From Thermoanaerobaculia bacterium (GTDB lineage Bacteria; Acidobacteriota; Thermoanaerobaculia; UBA5066): a stretch of 64,000 bases of DNA. Each line of letters begins with the position of its first letter. The stretch's first letter is position 1. A model generated the notes under the pieces. It saw only the letters and a list, made by a program, of their open reading frames with translations, made no database searches and had not been told where the DNA came from. The stretch lies in the NCBI GenBank assembly GCA_963719225.1, contig CAVRAY010000001.1, forward strand, positions 1,440,001-1,504,000. Direction: 5' to 3'. Made by a program: the position numbers and the translations under genes. Positions 1 to 9,518 of this stretch are shown here, in pieces.

Positions 1-364
1 GGACGAGGAAGGCGAGGGGCGTGGGCGCGGGACGACGGTGAACCTGCCGCAGCGCGCCGAGGCGGGGGACGCGGCCTACGCGGGAGGATTCACGGCGGCG
101 CTCGAAAAGCTGGCCGAGCGATTCCGGCCGGAAGTCGTCCTCGTGAGCGCCGGCTTCGACGCCCACGCCGAAGACCCGGTCGGCGGCATGCGCGTCACGA
201 CGCAAGGCTTCTCGTGGATGACGCGCGCCCTGGGAGACGTGGCCGACACGTTCGCGAAAGGCCGCATCGTGTCGCTCCTCGAGGGGGGATATCACCCCTG
301 GGCCACCGCGGCGGCGGCCGTCGAGCACGTGCGCGTCCTCGCGCACGCCGACGAGATGAGCTGA
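1..364 (+). CDS. Histone deacetylase family protein (C-terminal part, truncated by window edge)
   Basis: VSAGFDAH..DP and LLEGGY motifs of the HDAC/AcuC family. Confidence 0.9.
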   Translation, partial: DEEGEGRGRGTTVNLPQRAEAGDAAYAGGFTAALEKLAERFRPEVVLVSAGFDAHAEDPVGGMRVTTQGFSWMTRALGDVADTFAKGRIVSLLEGGYHPWATAAAAVEHVRVLAHADEMS

Positions 365-372
365 CCGACTTC

Positions 373-389
373 CGGCCGTAACCTCCGGT
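373..389 (+). repeat. Target-site duplication, left copy (CGGCCGTAACCTCCGGT)
   Basis: Identical 17-mer at 1871-1887 directly after the right IR. Confidence 0.95.
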
Positions 390-1870
390 TGTCAAAGCTC
401 CTTAGAAGTGTCCCCTCGTAGAGCTCGTTAGAAATGTCCCCTTTTGGTCGTCGTAGTCGTCGCGCGGTGGAAATGTGGAAAACGGGAGGCCGGCCTCATC
501 GGAGGCCGGCGCGCTCCTTGCGCTCCCATGAAGCCTGGACGCTTGCGGCGGTTAATGGTGTTCTCCAGGGGTGAACATCAGAGGGCGCTTTGAAAGGGCG
601 GCGTGTTGCCACGGAGGCCGGCTTGATCAGTGGCGCCGGCCGAGGCGGCCGGTTTTTGATTTCGTGAAACTCGAGGGCTCGATGGTAGTGAAGCAGCACC
701 CGACTGCCATCAAGCCTGTGGCGAACCACGATCTTCTCGCGGCGGCGCGGCATCTGAGACTTGGGCCCGGTAATCTGGAACCAGCGGCCGTCCCAGGCGA
801 CCGTCCAGTCGTTCTGCACGGTGCGCTGCTCTTCGAAGACGAAAACATCCTCGAGCCGTAGGCGCTTGGGCACGGGTCGGTGGTAGTCGACTCGGCTAGC
901 CGAGCTGTGCGCGAATCTCTGATTGATCGTCTCGAGGAATCCTCCTCTCAGAAGGGCGTTGGCCGCCTGGAGGTCCTTGATGCCATGCAGCCTGAACTCC
1001 TTGACGAGCCGGTCCTGAAGCACGCCGTGCCGCCGCTCGATCCTGCCCTTGGCCTGAGGGCTGGCTGCGGGAATGATCTGAATCGAGAGCTTGTGGCAGG
1101 CCTTGCCGAAGGCCGTCAGTGCAGGCCGGCCTAAGAGCTGCTCGTCTTTCGTCGGCTCGCGATCAGCCACGTAGAGATTCTTGTGGTCGGTGTAAAGCGC
1201 CTTGGGGATCCCGTAAAGCTCGATCCACCGCCACAGCACCCTCATCGCTCCTTCGGTGGTCTCCTGCTCGAAGAATTCGCCTCCCATCTTCGCCGTGGCG
1301 TCGTCGACGAGGTCGATCAGGCATGGCTTGTGGCCCGTCTCGAGCCAGTCGTGGAAGCTTCCGTCCATCTGAACGAGCTCGCCGAAGTGCTCCTTCGGCG
1401 GCCTCCACCTGCGGTGCGGCCCTCGTTTCCTTTTCTTCTTCCACAGCCCCTCTACCATCAGCCACCGCCGCAACGTCTCGTGAGAAACCCTCAGCCCCAC
1501 CTCGAGAAGCTTCTCGGCCGCCAGTGTCGGCCCAAAACCTTCCAGCCGCGTCCGGCAGAGCTCGAGACTCTGCTGCTTGCTCTCAGGGTCCAACTTCCGA
1601 TTCGACGGCCGTCCTCGCGAGCGATGCACCAGTCCCTTGGCGCCCTCGGCGCGGTATCTCTTCCAGATCCTCTTGCCCTGCCGCCCGCTCATCTGAAGCC
1701 GCTCGGCAGCCGCCACGACCGTCTGACGCCCGGCCTTCACCTGCTCGAGCTCCACCAGCCGCGCTCTCTCCTTCGTGCTCAGCCCCACGATCTCCTCCAT
1801 CGCGCCCCCTTCTTTACGAGGGGACACTTCTATCGAGTTATCGAGGGGACACTTTCATGGAGCTACGACA
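390..1870 (-). mobile_element. Complete insertion sequence, IS1202 family (former ISNCY/IS481-related)
   Basis: Terminal IRs TGTCAAAGCTCCTTAGAAGTGTCCCCTCG (390-418) and revcomp TGTCGTAGCTCCATGAAAGTGTCCCCTCG (1842-1870); second subterminal GTCCCC/GGGGAC repeats at ~431-444 and ~1817-1830; DDE transposase inside; 17-bp direct repeat outside. Confidence 0.92.
496..1800 (-). CDS. ISNCY/IS1202-family DDE transposase
   Basis: N-terminal HTH, GELVQMDGSFHDW, LYTD, SPQAKGRIER motifs; ATG at 1800 with purine-rich RBS. Confidence 0.92.
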   Translation of the reverse strand: MEEIVGLSTKERARLVELEQVKAGRQTVVAAAERLQMSGRQGKRIWKRYRAEGAKGLVHRSRGRPSNRKLDPESKQQSLELCRTRLEGFGPTLAAEKLLEVGLRVSHETLRRWLMVEGLWKKKRKRGPHRRWRPPKEHFGELVQMDGSFHDWLETGHKPCLIDLVDDATAKMGGEFFEQETTEGAMRVLWRWIELYGIPKALYTDHKNLYVADREPTKDEQLLGRPALTAFGKACHKLSIQIIPAASPQAKGRIERRHGVLQDRLVKEFRLHGIKDLQAANALLRGGFLETINQRFAHSSASRVDYHRPVPKRLRLEDVFVFEEQRTVQNDWTVAWDGRWFQITGPKSQMPRRREKIVVRHRLDGSRVLLHYHRALEFHEIKNRPPRPAPLIKPASVATRRPFKAPSDVHPWRTPLTAASVQASWERKERAGLR

Positions 1871-1887
1871 CGGCCGTAACCTCCGGT
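1871..1887 (+). repeat. Target-site duplication, right copy
   Basis: Identical to 373-389. Confidence 0.95.
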
Positions 1888-1916
1888 TTGACAAGGTGTT
1901 TCGGGGAGGATAAACT
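1888..1916 (+). promoter_or_regulatory. Sigma70-type promoter
   Basis: TTGACA (1888-1893), 17-bp spacer, TAAACT (1911-1916), upstream of the 1991 gene. Confidence 0.75.
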
Positions 1917-1990
1917 CCATCTGCGTCAATCTCTCTATTTCTCGGTCCCGGTCGAGCGTATCCCCGGAATCTCTCGACGTACGGAGGCTC

Positions 1991-3697
1991 GTGATGAAGC
2001 GGAAGGCCCTCATCCTCCCGGTGATTGCCGCGGCCGCGGCCATGGTCGCGGCGCCATACGCCCAGGCGATGGGCGTGGAGCGACAGGCGGTTCGCGCTGG
2101 GCGACAGGCTCTCGCGTGCCCGTCGCAAACGCTGGGATCCATTGACGTTCCGGTCGACGGGGCCACCGTTTCCGGATACGTCCAGGTCGTCGGCTTCGCG
2201 CTGGACGGAAACCTGGTGTCCAACGTCGATGTCTTCGTGGACGGCACCGACGAGTCCAACCGCGTGTCGACCGCGGGCGGGGCGAACATCAACCTGCCGC
2301 GCCCGGACGTGATCCAGTTCTTCCCGCAGTACGCCGGCACGATCGGCGAGCACCCGGGCTATCAGGCCTCCTTCAAGGCGTCCCTCTTCTCGAACGGCTC
2401 GCACACGCTGTACGTGCGCATCACGGACGTGAGCGGCTGCTCGTACTTCCTGACGCCGCGGGCCATCCAGATCGACAACACGCTCAACCAGGGGCCGTTC
2501 GGCGCCGTGGACTTTCCGCAGCCCGACAGCGGCGTGAGCGCGAACGGCGTTCTCGAGGTCGCGGGCTGGGCGCTCGACGACCGCAAGATCGACCACGTGG
2601 ACGTCTTCATCGACGGCCTCATCGAGCGGCAGGCCGTGACCGGCATCTACCGCGCCGACGTCGCCGCGAACTATCCCGACAACCCGCAGGCGATCGTCGC
2701 GGGGTTCATCCTGAACGTCGACTCGACGCGCTACGCGAACGGCGTCCACACCGTCACCGTGAAGGCCGTCGACGACCAGGGCCAGCAGGGCTTTCTCGGC
2801 ACGCGCCGCGTCCAGATCTTCAACAACTCCCCGAACCTCGCGCCTTTCGGCGAGGTCGAGTTCCCGCTGCTGAACGCGACCTGGTTCGGCAACTGCTTCC
2901 CGGCACCCCCGGGCGGCCCGTCCGGCGGCGACATCGTCGACGCGCGCTTCGTGATGTTCGTCAACGGCTGGGCGATGGACACCTCGGTCGCCCAGGAGCG
3001 TGGCGGGGTCTCGCACGTGCGCCTCGAGATAGACGGCGTGACGATCAAGGACACGCGGGTGAATTGCCACCGCGAGTTCCTGCTCGCGAATGCCCTCATC
3101 GACTGCTACGGCTATTACCGGCCCGACATCGAGGTCCTGTATCCGGGCTTCCAGCAAGCGCCGAACGTCGGCTTCCAGTTCTTCGTGGACGTGGGCTTCC
3201 TCATCACGCAGAAGAACTTCAAGGAAGGCGGCCACATCCTCCAGGTCATCGCGCTCGACAAGGAAGACACGACGACGCTCCTCAAGGAGATCCCGATCCA
3301 GATGGAGTGCGCGACGGGCAACCTCGACCCGCCGCCCATCGGCTTCATCGACGATCCCACGAACTACAAGTTCATCGGCGGCGTGTTCCCCGTCATCGGC
3401 TGGGCGCTCGACCTCGACCTCGTCGTGAAGGTGCGCATCCTGATCGACGGCGTCGCACAGATCGACGCGGTGCGGGGCGTGGACTTCGCGGAGTACGGCT
3501 TCGCGAGCCCCGACGTCGCCCTGCAATACCCGAGCTTCCCGCAGCGGAACGCGGCGCGTTTCCGCTTCTTCCTCGACACGACGCAGATCTCCAATAGCGA
3601 GCACGACCTCCTCATCGAGGTGACGGACGCGCGCGGCAACGTGCGCTCGGCGGGAACCCGTCGCTTCCTCGTGGACAACAACACGCTGGTGCGCTGA
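1991..3697 (+). CDS. Secreted protein with four tandem Ig-like beta-sandwich repeats
   Basis: Signal peptide (AQA); repeats of G.(I/V)(D/E).P...VxG(W/F)A(L/M)D...DG...(R/S)(P/A)D(V/I); GGAGG RBS. Confidence 0.75.
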   Translation: MMKRKALILPVIAAAAAMVAAPYAQAMGVERQAVRAGRQALACPSQTLGSIDVPVDGATVSGYVQVVGFALDGNLVSNVDVFVDGTDESNRVSTAGGANINLPRPDVIQFFPQYAGTIGEHPGYQASFKASLFSNGSHTLYVRITDVSGCSYFLTPRAIQIDNTLNQGPFGAVDFPQPDSGVSANGVLEVAGWALDDRKIDHVDVFIDGLIERQAVTGIYRADVAANYPDNPQAIVAGFILNVDSTRYANGVHTVTVKAVDDQGQQGFLGTRRVQIFNNSPNLAPFGEVEFPLLNATWFGNCFPAPPGGPSGGDIVDARFVMFVNGWAMDTSVAQERGGVSHVRLEIDGVTIKDTRVNCHREFLLANALIDCYGYYRPDIEVLYPGFQQAPNVGFQFFVDVGFLITQKNFKEGGHILQVIALDKEDTTTLLKEIPIQMECATGNLDPPPIGFIDDPTNYKFIGGVFPVIGWALDLDLVVKVRILIDGVAQIDAVRGVDFAEYGFASPDVALQYPSFPQRNAARFRFFLDTTQISNSEHDLLIEVTDARGNVRSAGTRRFLVDNNTLVR

Positions 3698-3712
3698 GAG
3701 GAAGAGAAGACT

Positions 3713-3813
3713 AAGATTTCTTAGAAGGTAAGAGGAGAGAGGGCCCGGCAACCGCTGGGCCTTTTCGTTTCAGGGCACCGTTGGCCGATGCCCTATTCAC
3801 CCTCTAAGAAATT
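3713..3813. repeat. Inverted pair of dispersed TTTCTTAGAAGG-type motif (intergenic)
   Basis: AAGATTTCTTAGAAGGTAAGAGG at 3713 (+) and TGCCCTATTCACCCTCTAAGAAATT at 3789-3813 (-). Confidence 0.7.
3740..3770 (+). terminator. Probable intrinsic terminator
   Basis: GGCCCGGC...GCTGGGCC stem followed by TTTTCGTTT. Confidence 0.55.
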
Positions 3814-3877
3814 CGAATCCCCGGGCGCGCCGTGAGGCGCGCTCCGAACAAAAAAACCTTATCCTCTTTTCGTTCTC

Positions 3878-4384
3878 ATGCAGCCTGCGCAGAAGAAGTT
3901 CCTGATCCGGTTCGTGCTCGCCCTCGGCGTGTTCTACCTTCTCGTGGCGATCCAGCCCGTGAACGACCGCATCGTGGTGCCGTTCACGGAGCTCCTCGTG
4001 CGTATTTCGACGGTCCTTCTCGCCGCGGTCGGGGAGAAGACGCAGTCCTTCGGCACGGTCATCCAGTCGCCCGCGTTCGCGGTGGACGTGAAGAACGGGT
4101 GCAACGGGATCGAGGCGGCTCTTCTTCTCGTGGCCGCGATGCTCGCGTTTCCCGCGCCCGCGAAGCAGCGCGTTCTCGGCATCGCCGCGGGGCTCGCGGT
4201 GATCCAGGGCGTGAACCTCTTCCGCATCGTCTCGCTCTTCTGGCTCGGCGTGCACCATCGCGACGTGTTCGAGCTGTTTCACGCGGCGGTCTGGCAGACG
4301 GCCCTGATCCTGCTCGCCGTCGGGATCTTCCTCGCCTGGAGCCGGCGCGCGGCCGGCGGAGGCCGAGCTGAAGCCCGCGGCTAG
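3878..4384 (+). CDS. xrtH: Exosortase H
   Basis: Short multi-TM protein with catalytic triad motifs NGCNGIEA, NLFRI, LFHAAVWQ. Confidence 0.85.
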   Translation: MQPAQKKFLIRFVLALGVFYLLVAIQPVNDRIVVPFTELLVRISTVLLAAVGEKTQSFGTVIQSPAFAVDVKNGCNGIEAALLLVAAMLAFPAPAKQRVLGIAAGLAVIQGVNLFRIVSLFWLGVHHRDVFELFHAAVWQTALILLAVGIFLAWSRRAAGGGRAEARG

Positions 4385-4982
4385 GGCTCTCGCCGGCTTC
4401 GCCCTGGGTCTCGCGCTCTGGTGGGCTCTGACGCCAGCCTACAACCGCCTCCTCGCGGGCTTCGCGGAAAGCCTGATCCGCGCCGGCGAACGCCCGCACG
4501 CGACGCACCTCTACGCCGAGAACCGGCGCATCGTGATCGACCGCGCCGATTTCCCGTCCACGTCCGACAGGCCGTCGCTGCCGGCCGACGATCTCACGTT
4601 CGACGTCATCCTCTTCCTGGCGCTCGCGGCGACGACGCCGGGCCTCTTCCGCGACCGCGCGGTCCGCGGGGCCGTCGTGAGCCTTCTTCTGCTCTTCGTT
4701 CTCCACGTTTTCGCGCTCGTCGCGGGCGTCGAGAGCTTTTACGCGACGCGCCTCGGCGCGTGGAGCGAGGCGCACTACGGAGCTTTCGCGCGGAACCTCT
4801 GGGCCACCGCCACGCACTTCTGGCGATTCGTGGGCTGCTACGCGGCGGCGTTCCTGTTGTGGTGGTTCCTGGTGAGGTCCAGCCCTGTTACGGCTTCACG
4901 GGACCCTTCAGCTCGGACTTCTTCGCCAGCTGCATCTGCTGGTGGGCCATCGCGAGCTTCTCGGCGTCGGGGAAGAGGGTGA
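4368..4982 (+). CDS. Exosortase-associated membrane protein
   Basis: Frame of the 4533 ORF stays open back to CTG at 4368 preceded by GGAGG; several TM helices; overlaps xrtH end; start uncertain. Confidence 0.6.
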   Translation: MKPAARALAGFALGLALWWALTPAYNRLLAGFAESLIRAGERPHATHLYAENRRIVIDRADFPSTSDRPSLPADDLTFDVILFLALAATTPGLFRDRAVRGAVVSLLLLFVLHVFALVAGVESFYATRLGAWSEAHYGAFARNLWATATHFWRFVGCYAAAFLLWWFLVRSSPVTASRDPSARTSSPAASAGGPSRASRRRGRG

Positions 4983-6543
4983 GGGCCTTCTTGAGCTGAA
5001 CGTCGCTCTCCATGCTCACGCGGTAACCGGCCTCGCGCCCGTAGACGGCCGTCAGGAGCTCCTCGCGGATTGCGCGGTCGAGGAGGGTCGGGTCCTTTTC
5101 CTCCGCGTACATCGCCCGCACGCTCTTGTCGAAGGGGAGGCTCGGCTTGGCGTCGACGAAGTTGAAGAACTCCTCGCGCACGGCGGGCGTCATCTGGAAA
5201 TCGCGCGGGACCGTGGCGTGCTTCGCGCGGTACGCGACCGCGAACTCGAAGAACAGGCCGCGCGCGTAGAGCGTCGCCGCGAAACGCGAGAGCGTCGGCG
5301 TCTTCACGAAGACGTCGGGGGTGATGCCGCCGCCGCCGTAGACGAGCCGCCCGGAATCGGTCCGGAAGGACTCCTTCTTCTGTGTGGAAGGCGCTTCGCG
5401 CGCGGGTCCGGTCTCCTCGCCCTCGCCTTCCTCGTCCTCGGGCGAGAGGTACTCGAGAACGTCCTTGTAGTCCCTCTGGATGCAGCGGCCCGAGGGCGTG
5501 TAGTACTTCGCCGACGTGAGCGCGAGCCCGGCGCCGTCCGAGAGGTTGTAGACGGACTGCACGAGACCCTTCCCCCAGCTCGTCTGGCCCGCGATGAGGG
5601 CGCGGTCGTGGTCCTGAAGCGCGCCGGCCACGATCTCGGAAGCCGAAGCGGAGCCCTTGTTGACGAGGACGACGACGGGGATACGTGAATGGGTGTTCTT
5701 GCCGGGAGCCGAGAAGCTCTGCTCCTGGGCGCCGTTCCGGCCGCGCGTCACGACGACCTTCTCGCTCTTCGCGAGGAAGAAGTCCGATATGGCGATCGCC
5801 TGGTCGAGGAGGCCGCCGGGATTCCCGCGCAGGTCGAAGACGAGCTTCCTCATGCCTTGCTTCTCGAGCTTCTCCCAGTGGTCCTGCAGCTCGGGCGCGG
5901 ATGTGTGCGTGAAATCCTTCAGGCGGATGTAGCCCACGCCCGGCTCCAGCATGAAGGCGTACGAGACGGAGTTCGTGGGGATCTCCGCGCGCGTCACGGT
6001 CATCTGGAGAGGCTCGTCGAGGCCGGGCCTCAGGATCGTGATGTTCACCTTCGTGCCCTTCGGGCCCTTGAGCTTCTTCACGACGGCGTCGACCGGGAGG
6101 TCGTCGATGCTCTGTCCCTCGACGCGGTCGATGACGTCGCCCGTCCGGATGCCGAGGCGTTCGGCGGGAGAGCCCTCGACGGGCGTGATGACGGTGACCT
6201 TGCCGTTCCTCTTGCTGATGATGATGCCCAGCCCGTAGAACGAGCCGCGCTGCTTCTCGACCATCGAGGAGTACTCCTCGGGCTCGAGGAAGTTCGTGTG
6301 CGGATCGAGCGTGCCGAGCATGCCGTGAATCGACGCGTAGACGAGCTTGTTCGCCGGCACGTCGTCGGCGTACCAGGCCCGAGCCGTCGCGAGGATGTCG
6401 GAGTACTCCTTGAAGCCCGGATTCGTCGCGTCGGAGACGGCTCCCAGCCGCCGACCCGCGACTCCGCCGGCCACGGTGACGGTGACGAGGAATGCGGCGG
6501 CGACGAGGAGACGGCGGGCTGAGCGTCGGGTCGGATCGGTCAC
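4888..6543 (-). CDS. S41 carboxy-terminal processing protease (CtpA/Prc) with PDZ domain
   Basis: LDPHT, DLRGNPGG, SASASEIVAGALQD, SWGKGLVQ motifs; N-terminal signal anchor; GTG start inferred. Confidence 0.92.
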   Translation of the reverse strand: MTDPTRRSARRLLVAAAFLVTVTVAGGVAGRRLGAVSDATNPGFKEYSDILATARAWYADDVPANKLVYASIHGMLGTLDPHTNFLEPEEYSSMVEKQRGSFYGLGIIISKRNGKVTVITPVEGSPAERLGIRTGDVIDRVEGQSIDDLPVDAVVKKLKGPKGTKVNITILRPGLDEPLQMTVTRAEIPTNSVSYAFMLEPGVGYIRLKDFTHTSAPELQDHWEKLEKQGMRKLVFDLRGNPGGLLDQAIAISDFFLAKSEKVVVTRGRNGAQEQSFSAPGKNTHSRIPVVVLVNKGSASASEIVAGALQDHDRALIAGQTSWGKGLVQSVYNLSDGAGLALTSAKYYTPSGRCIQRDYKDVLEYLSPEDEEGEGEETGPAREAPSTQKKESFRTDSGRLVYGGGGITPDVFVKTPTLSRFAATLYARGLFFEFAVAYRAKHATVPRDFQMTPAVREEFFNFVDAKPSLPFDKSVRAMYAEEKDPTLLDRAIREELLTAVYGREAGYRVSMESDVQLKKALTLFPDAEKLAMAHQQMQLAKKSELKGPVKP

Positions 6544-6648
6544 GGTGGAAGCCCTCCCAGGCCGCAGCAAGCGTAGCACGCGCGGGAAGGGCTCCTTGAC
6601 TTCACCAGGGTGTCGTCGGAGCATCGTTGACGCGCAGGAGGCGCCTCG

Positions 6649-7011
6649 ATGGGCAATCTCGGCATGCCGGAACTGATGATGATCATGCTTCTGGCGCTGC
6701 TTCTTTTCGGCCCGAAAAAGCTGCCCGAGATCGGGAAGCAGGTCGGAAAGGCCCTCGGGGAGTTCAAGCGGGCGTCGAACGATCTCAAGCGCTCGATCCA
6801 GGACGAGATGGACAAGGCGCAGGCCGGCCTCGACTCGATCAAGGGCGACCTGAAGCCCGACCTGGGCCTCGACCTGAAGTCCGAGCCGACGCCCGAGCCG
6901 AAGCCCGAACCGAAGATGGAGGCGCCCGCGCTCGTGCCCGCCGCAGGCGCCGTGGCCCAGCAGAAACCTGCCGAGCCGGGGGCTCCCTCGACGCCTACGA
7001 CTCCGTCGTGA
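6649..7011 (+). CDS. Twin-arginine translocase TatA/TatB subunit
   Basis: GMPEL...LLFGPKKLPEIGK..GKALGEFK. Confidence 0.9.
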   Translation: MGNLGMPELMMIMLLALLLFGPKKLPEIGKQVGKALGEFKRASNDLKRSIQDEMDKAQAGLDSIKGDLKPDLGLDLKSEPTPEPKPEPKMEAPALVPAAGAVAQQKPAEPGAPSTPTTPS

Positions 7012-7775
7012 CCGAAGAAAACCCGAGAAAAGAAGACGGGGAGGAAGAGCTCCCGCGGATGTCGTTCCTCGAGCATCTCGAGGACCTCCGCAAGCGGCTC
7101 TTCGCCTCGGCGCTCGCGATCGCGGGCGGGTTCCTCCTCTGCTGGTGGAAGGCGAAGGAAATCTTCCAGTGGCTCGAGAAGCCGGTCCTCGCGGCGCTGC
7201 CGCCCGGGACGAAGCTCGCCTACACGCAGCTCACCGAACCCTTCATGCTCTACATCAACATCGCGCTCCTCGCGGGCATCTTCGTCGCGAGCCCGGTGAT
7301 CCTGTACCAGGTCTGGCTCTTCATCGCGCCGGGTCTTTACCGCCACGAGCGCAGGTGGGTGTGGCCGTTCGTGTTCCTGTCCGTGATCTTCTTCGTGGGC
7401 GGCGGCTATTTCGGCTACGCGGTGGGCTTCCCGATGGTCGCGAAGTTCCTCGTCGCCACGGGCGAGGACTTCATGCCCGTTCTCAGGATCGAGGACTACC
7501 TCGACATCACGTCGAAGCTCCTCCTCGGCATGGGGCTCGTTTTCGAGACGCCGATCCTCATCTTCTTCCTCGCGCGCATGGGAGTCGTGACGGAGAAGTG
7601 GCTTCTCGCGAAGTTCCGCTATGCCGTCCTCGTCATCTTCATCATCTCCGCTCTCATCACGCCCACGCCCGACATTCCGACGCAGTGCGCCTTCGCCCTG
7701 CCGATGTGCGCGCTCTACCTCCTGGGCGTGCTGATGGCGTGGATGTTCAAGAAGCGCGAAAAGCCGGCCGCGTGA
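7008..7775 (+). CDS. tatC: Twin-arginine translocase TatC
   Basis: MSFLEHLEDLRKR, FIAPGLY..E, FETP, TPTPD motifs; GTGA overlap with the upstream gene. Confidence 0.93.
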   Translation: MTEENPRKEDGEEELPRMSFLEHLEDLRKRLFASALAIAGGFLLCWWKAKEIFQWLEKPVLAALPPGTKLAYTQLTEPFMLYINIALLAGIFVASPVILYQVWLFIAPGLYRHERRWVWPFVFLSVIFFVGGGYFGYAVGFPMVAKFLVATGEDFMPVLRIEDYLDITSKLLLGMGLVFETPILIFFLARMGVVTEKWLLAKFRYAVLVIFIISALITPTPDIPTQCAFALPMCALYLLGVLMAWMFKKREKPAA

Positions 7776-7788
7776 CCTTGGGGACGCG

Positions 7789-8079
7789 TCAGAGCCCGAA
7801 GAGGGCGAGCTCGTTGACGAGCGCGGCGACGCGGGGATGGGCGGTCAGCTCCTCCCAGAGCCAGCCGTGCTTCTCCTTCAGGTCGCCGAGGTGTCCGCGC
7901 ACCTTCTCGGCGTCCTTCTCGAGGGCGGCGTCGCGGAGGCTCTCGACGGTCGCGCGCGCCTCGGGAGAAACCCGGTCGCCCAGCTTCTGTCCCAGGTCGT
8001 CGAAGGCCGCGCGAACCCGCGCCTGGTGCTCGTCGGCGGATTCTTTCGTGGAGATGGGTTTCGTGCGGTCCTGGTCCAT
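7789..8079 (-). CDS. Small hypothetical helical protein
   Basis: 96-aa ORF with host-like codon usage; TGCTACATT extended -10 upstream. Confidence 0.6.
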   Translation of the reverse strand: MDQDRTKPISTKESADEHQARVRAAFDDLGQKLGDRVSPEARATVESLRDAALEKDAEKVRGHLGDLKEKHGWLWEELTAHPRVAALVNELALFGL

Positions 8080-8171
8080 TCGGGCCCCCGTTCGCGGAAC
8101 GGGAGAGAATGTAGCAGAGGAAGGCCCCCGTTGAAACGTTTGCCGGGCATCGGCGTTGCACGGAGCTGCGC

Positions 8172-9518
8172 ATGACCAATCCCTTGTCGACGTCTACCTC
8201 CCCCGCACCGCGTGTGGACCGGGACCTGCTCCAGCGTTGGCGCGACGGCCGCGCCTTCACCCGCGTCCTCTTCGATCGGCTCCTCCCGGAAGACGCGTGG
8301 TTCGAAAACCCGATTCCGGTCCGCCATCCATTCGTTTTCTACGAAGGCCACCTCGCCGCTTTCGCCGTGAACACGCTCGTCAAGGGAGCGCTCGGCCGAC
8401 CCGGCGTCGATGCGATGCTCGAGCGGCTCTTCGAGCGCGGGATCGATCCCAAGGACGAGGGCGAAGGGGCGACGTTCGCGTGGCCCACTCGGGCGCGCGT
8501 GGCCGACTACGTGCGCCGCGCGGAAGCGGCCATCGTGGACGCCATCGAGACGATCGTGCGTGACGCCGCGCGGAACCCTCAGCCCGAGCGGAACGAGGCC
8601 CTTCACGCGATCGTCGAGCACGAGCTCATGCATCAGGAGACTCTCCTCTACATGCTTCGCGAAGTGCCCACCGCATCCAAGCGCCGGCCGGCGGATCTCG
8701 AGGCGCTTCGGGTCGGGGGAGCGCCGCCGCCCGTGCGCCGCGTCGCGATCCCCTCGGGCCGGGCGACGCTCGGCCTGGACCGGGAACCGGAAACCTTCGC
8801 CTGGGACAACGAGTTCCCCCGGATCGTGAGCGAAGTCCCCGGTTTCGAGATCGACGTCTTCCCCGTCACGAACGCGGACTTCCTGGACTTCGTGAACGCG
8901 GGCGGATACCGCGAGGCCTCCTTCTGGAGCGAGAGCGACTTCACCTGGATCCACGGCGAAGGCATCACGCACCCGCACGCCTGGCTGAAGCGCGGGAACC
9001 GCTGGCGGTTGCGCGCGCAGTTCGAGGAGGTGCCGCTGCCTCAGGCCTGGCCCGTCTGGGTCTCGCGGGCGGAAGCCGAGGCGTACGCCCGCTTTCGCGG
9101 CCGCCGGCTGCCGACGGAGGCCGAGTGGCACCGGGCGGCATTCGGGCGACCCGACGGCCGCGAGAACGCGTTTCCCTGGGGCGAGGGAGGCCCGGACACG
9201 AGCCGCGGCAACTTCGGGGTGGTCCGCTTCGATCCGGTGCCCGTGGATTCCTTCCCTTCGGGAGCGAGCGCGTTCGGCGTGCAGGATCTCGTGGGGAACG
9301 GATGGGAGTGGACCGCGTCCGAGTTCCAGCCGTTCCCGGGATTCCGTCCGATGGTGTCGTACGCGCGATACTCGGTCGACTTCTTCGACGGCGAGCACGC
9401 GGTCCTGAAGGGGGCGTCTCCCGTGACGGCCGCGCCTCTCGTGAGGCGATCGTTCCGCAACTGGTTCCGGACACAGTACCCGTTCGTCTTCGCGAAGTTC
9501 CGCACGGCCATGGCGTGA
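8172..9518 (+). CDS. egtB: EgtB/OvoA-type non-heme iron sulfoxide synthase (DinB_2 + FGE-sulfatase domains)
   Basis: RHPFVFYEGH and HELMHQE metal ligands; RLPTEAEW, GNGWEWT, RRSFRNW; adjacent egtD. Confidence 0.85.
   Translation: MTNPLSTSTSPAPRVDRDLLQRWRDGRAFTRVLFDRLLPEDAWFENPIPVRHPFVFYEGHLAAFAVNTLVKGALGRPGVDAMLERLFERGIDPKDEGEGATFAWPTRARVADYVRRAEAAIVDAIETIVRDAARNPQPERNEALHAIVEHELMHQETLLYMLREVPTASKRRPADLEALRVGGAPPPVRRVAIPSGRATLGLDREPETFAWDNEFPRIVSEVPGFEIDVFPVTNADFLDFVNAGGYREASFWSESDFTWIHGEGITHPHAWLKRGNRWRLRAQFEEVPLPQAWPVWVSRAEAEAYARFRGRRLPTEAEWHRAAFGRPDGRENAFPWGEGGPDTSRGNFGVVRFDPVPVDSFPSGASAFGVQDLVGNGWEWTASEFQPFPGFRPMVSYARYSVDFFDGEHAVLKGASPVTAAPLVRRSFRNWFRTQYPFVFAKFRTAMA

Noticed and set aside
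399-440. IS end sequence CTTAGAAG as the source of the dispersed motif
   Set aside because: Only an 8-nt overlap; the flanks (TGTCCCC) differ and the right IR lacks it.
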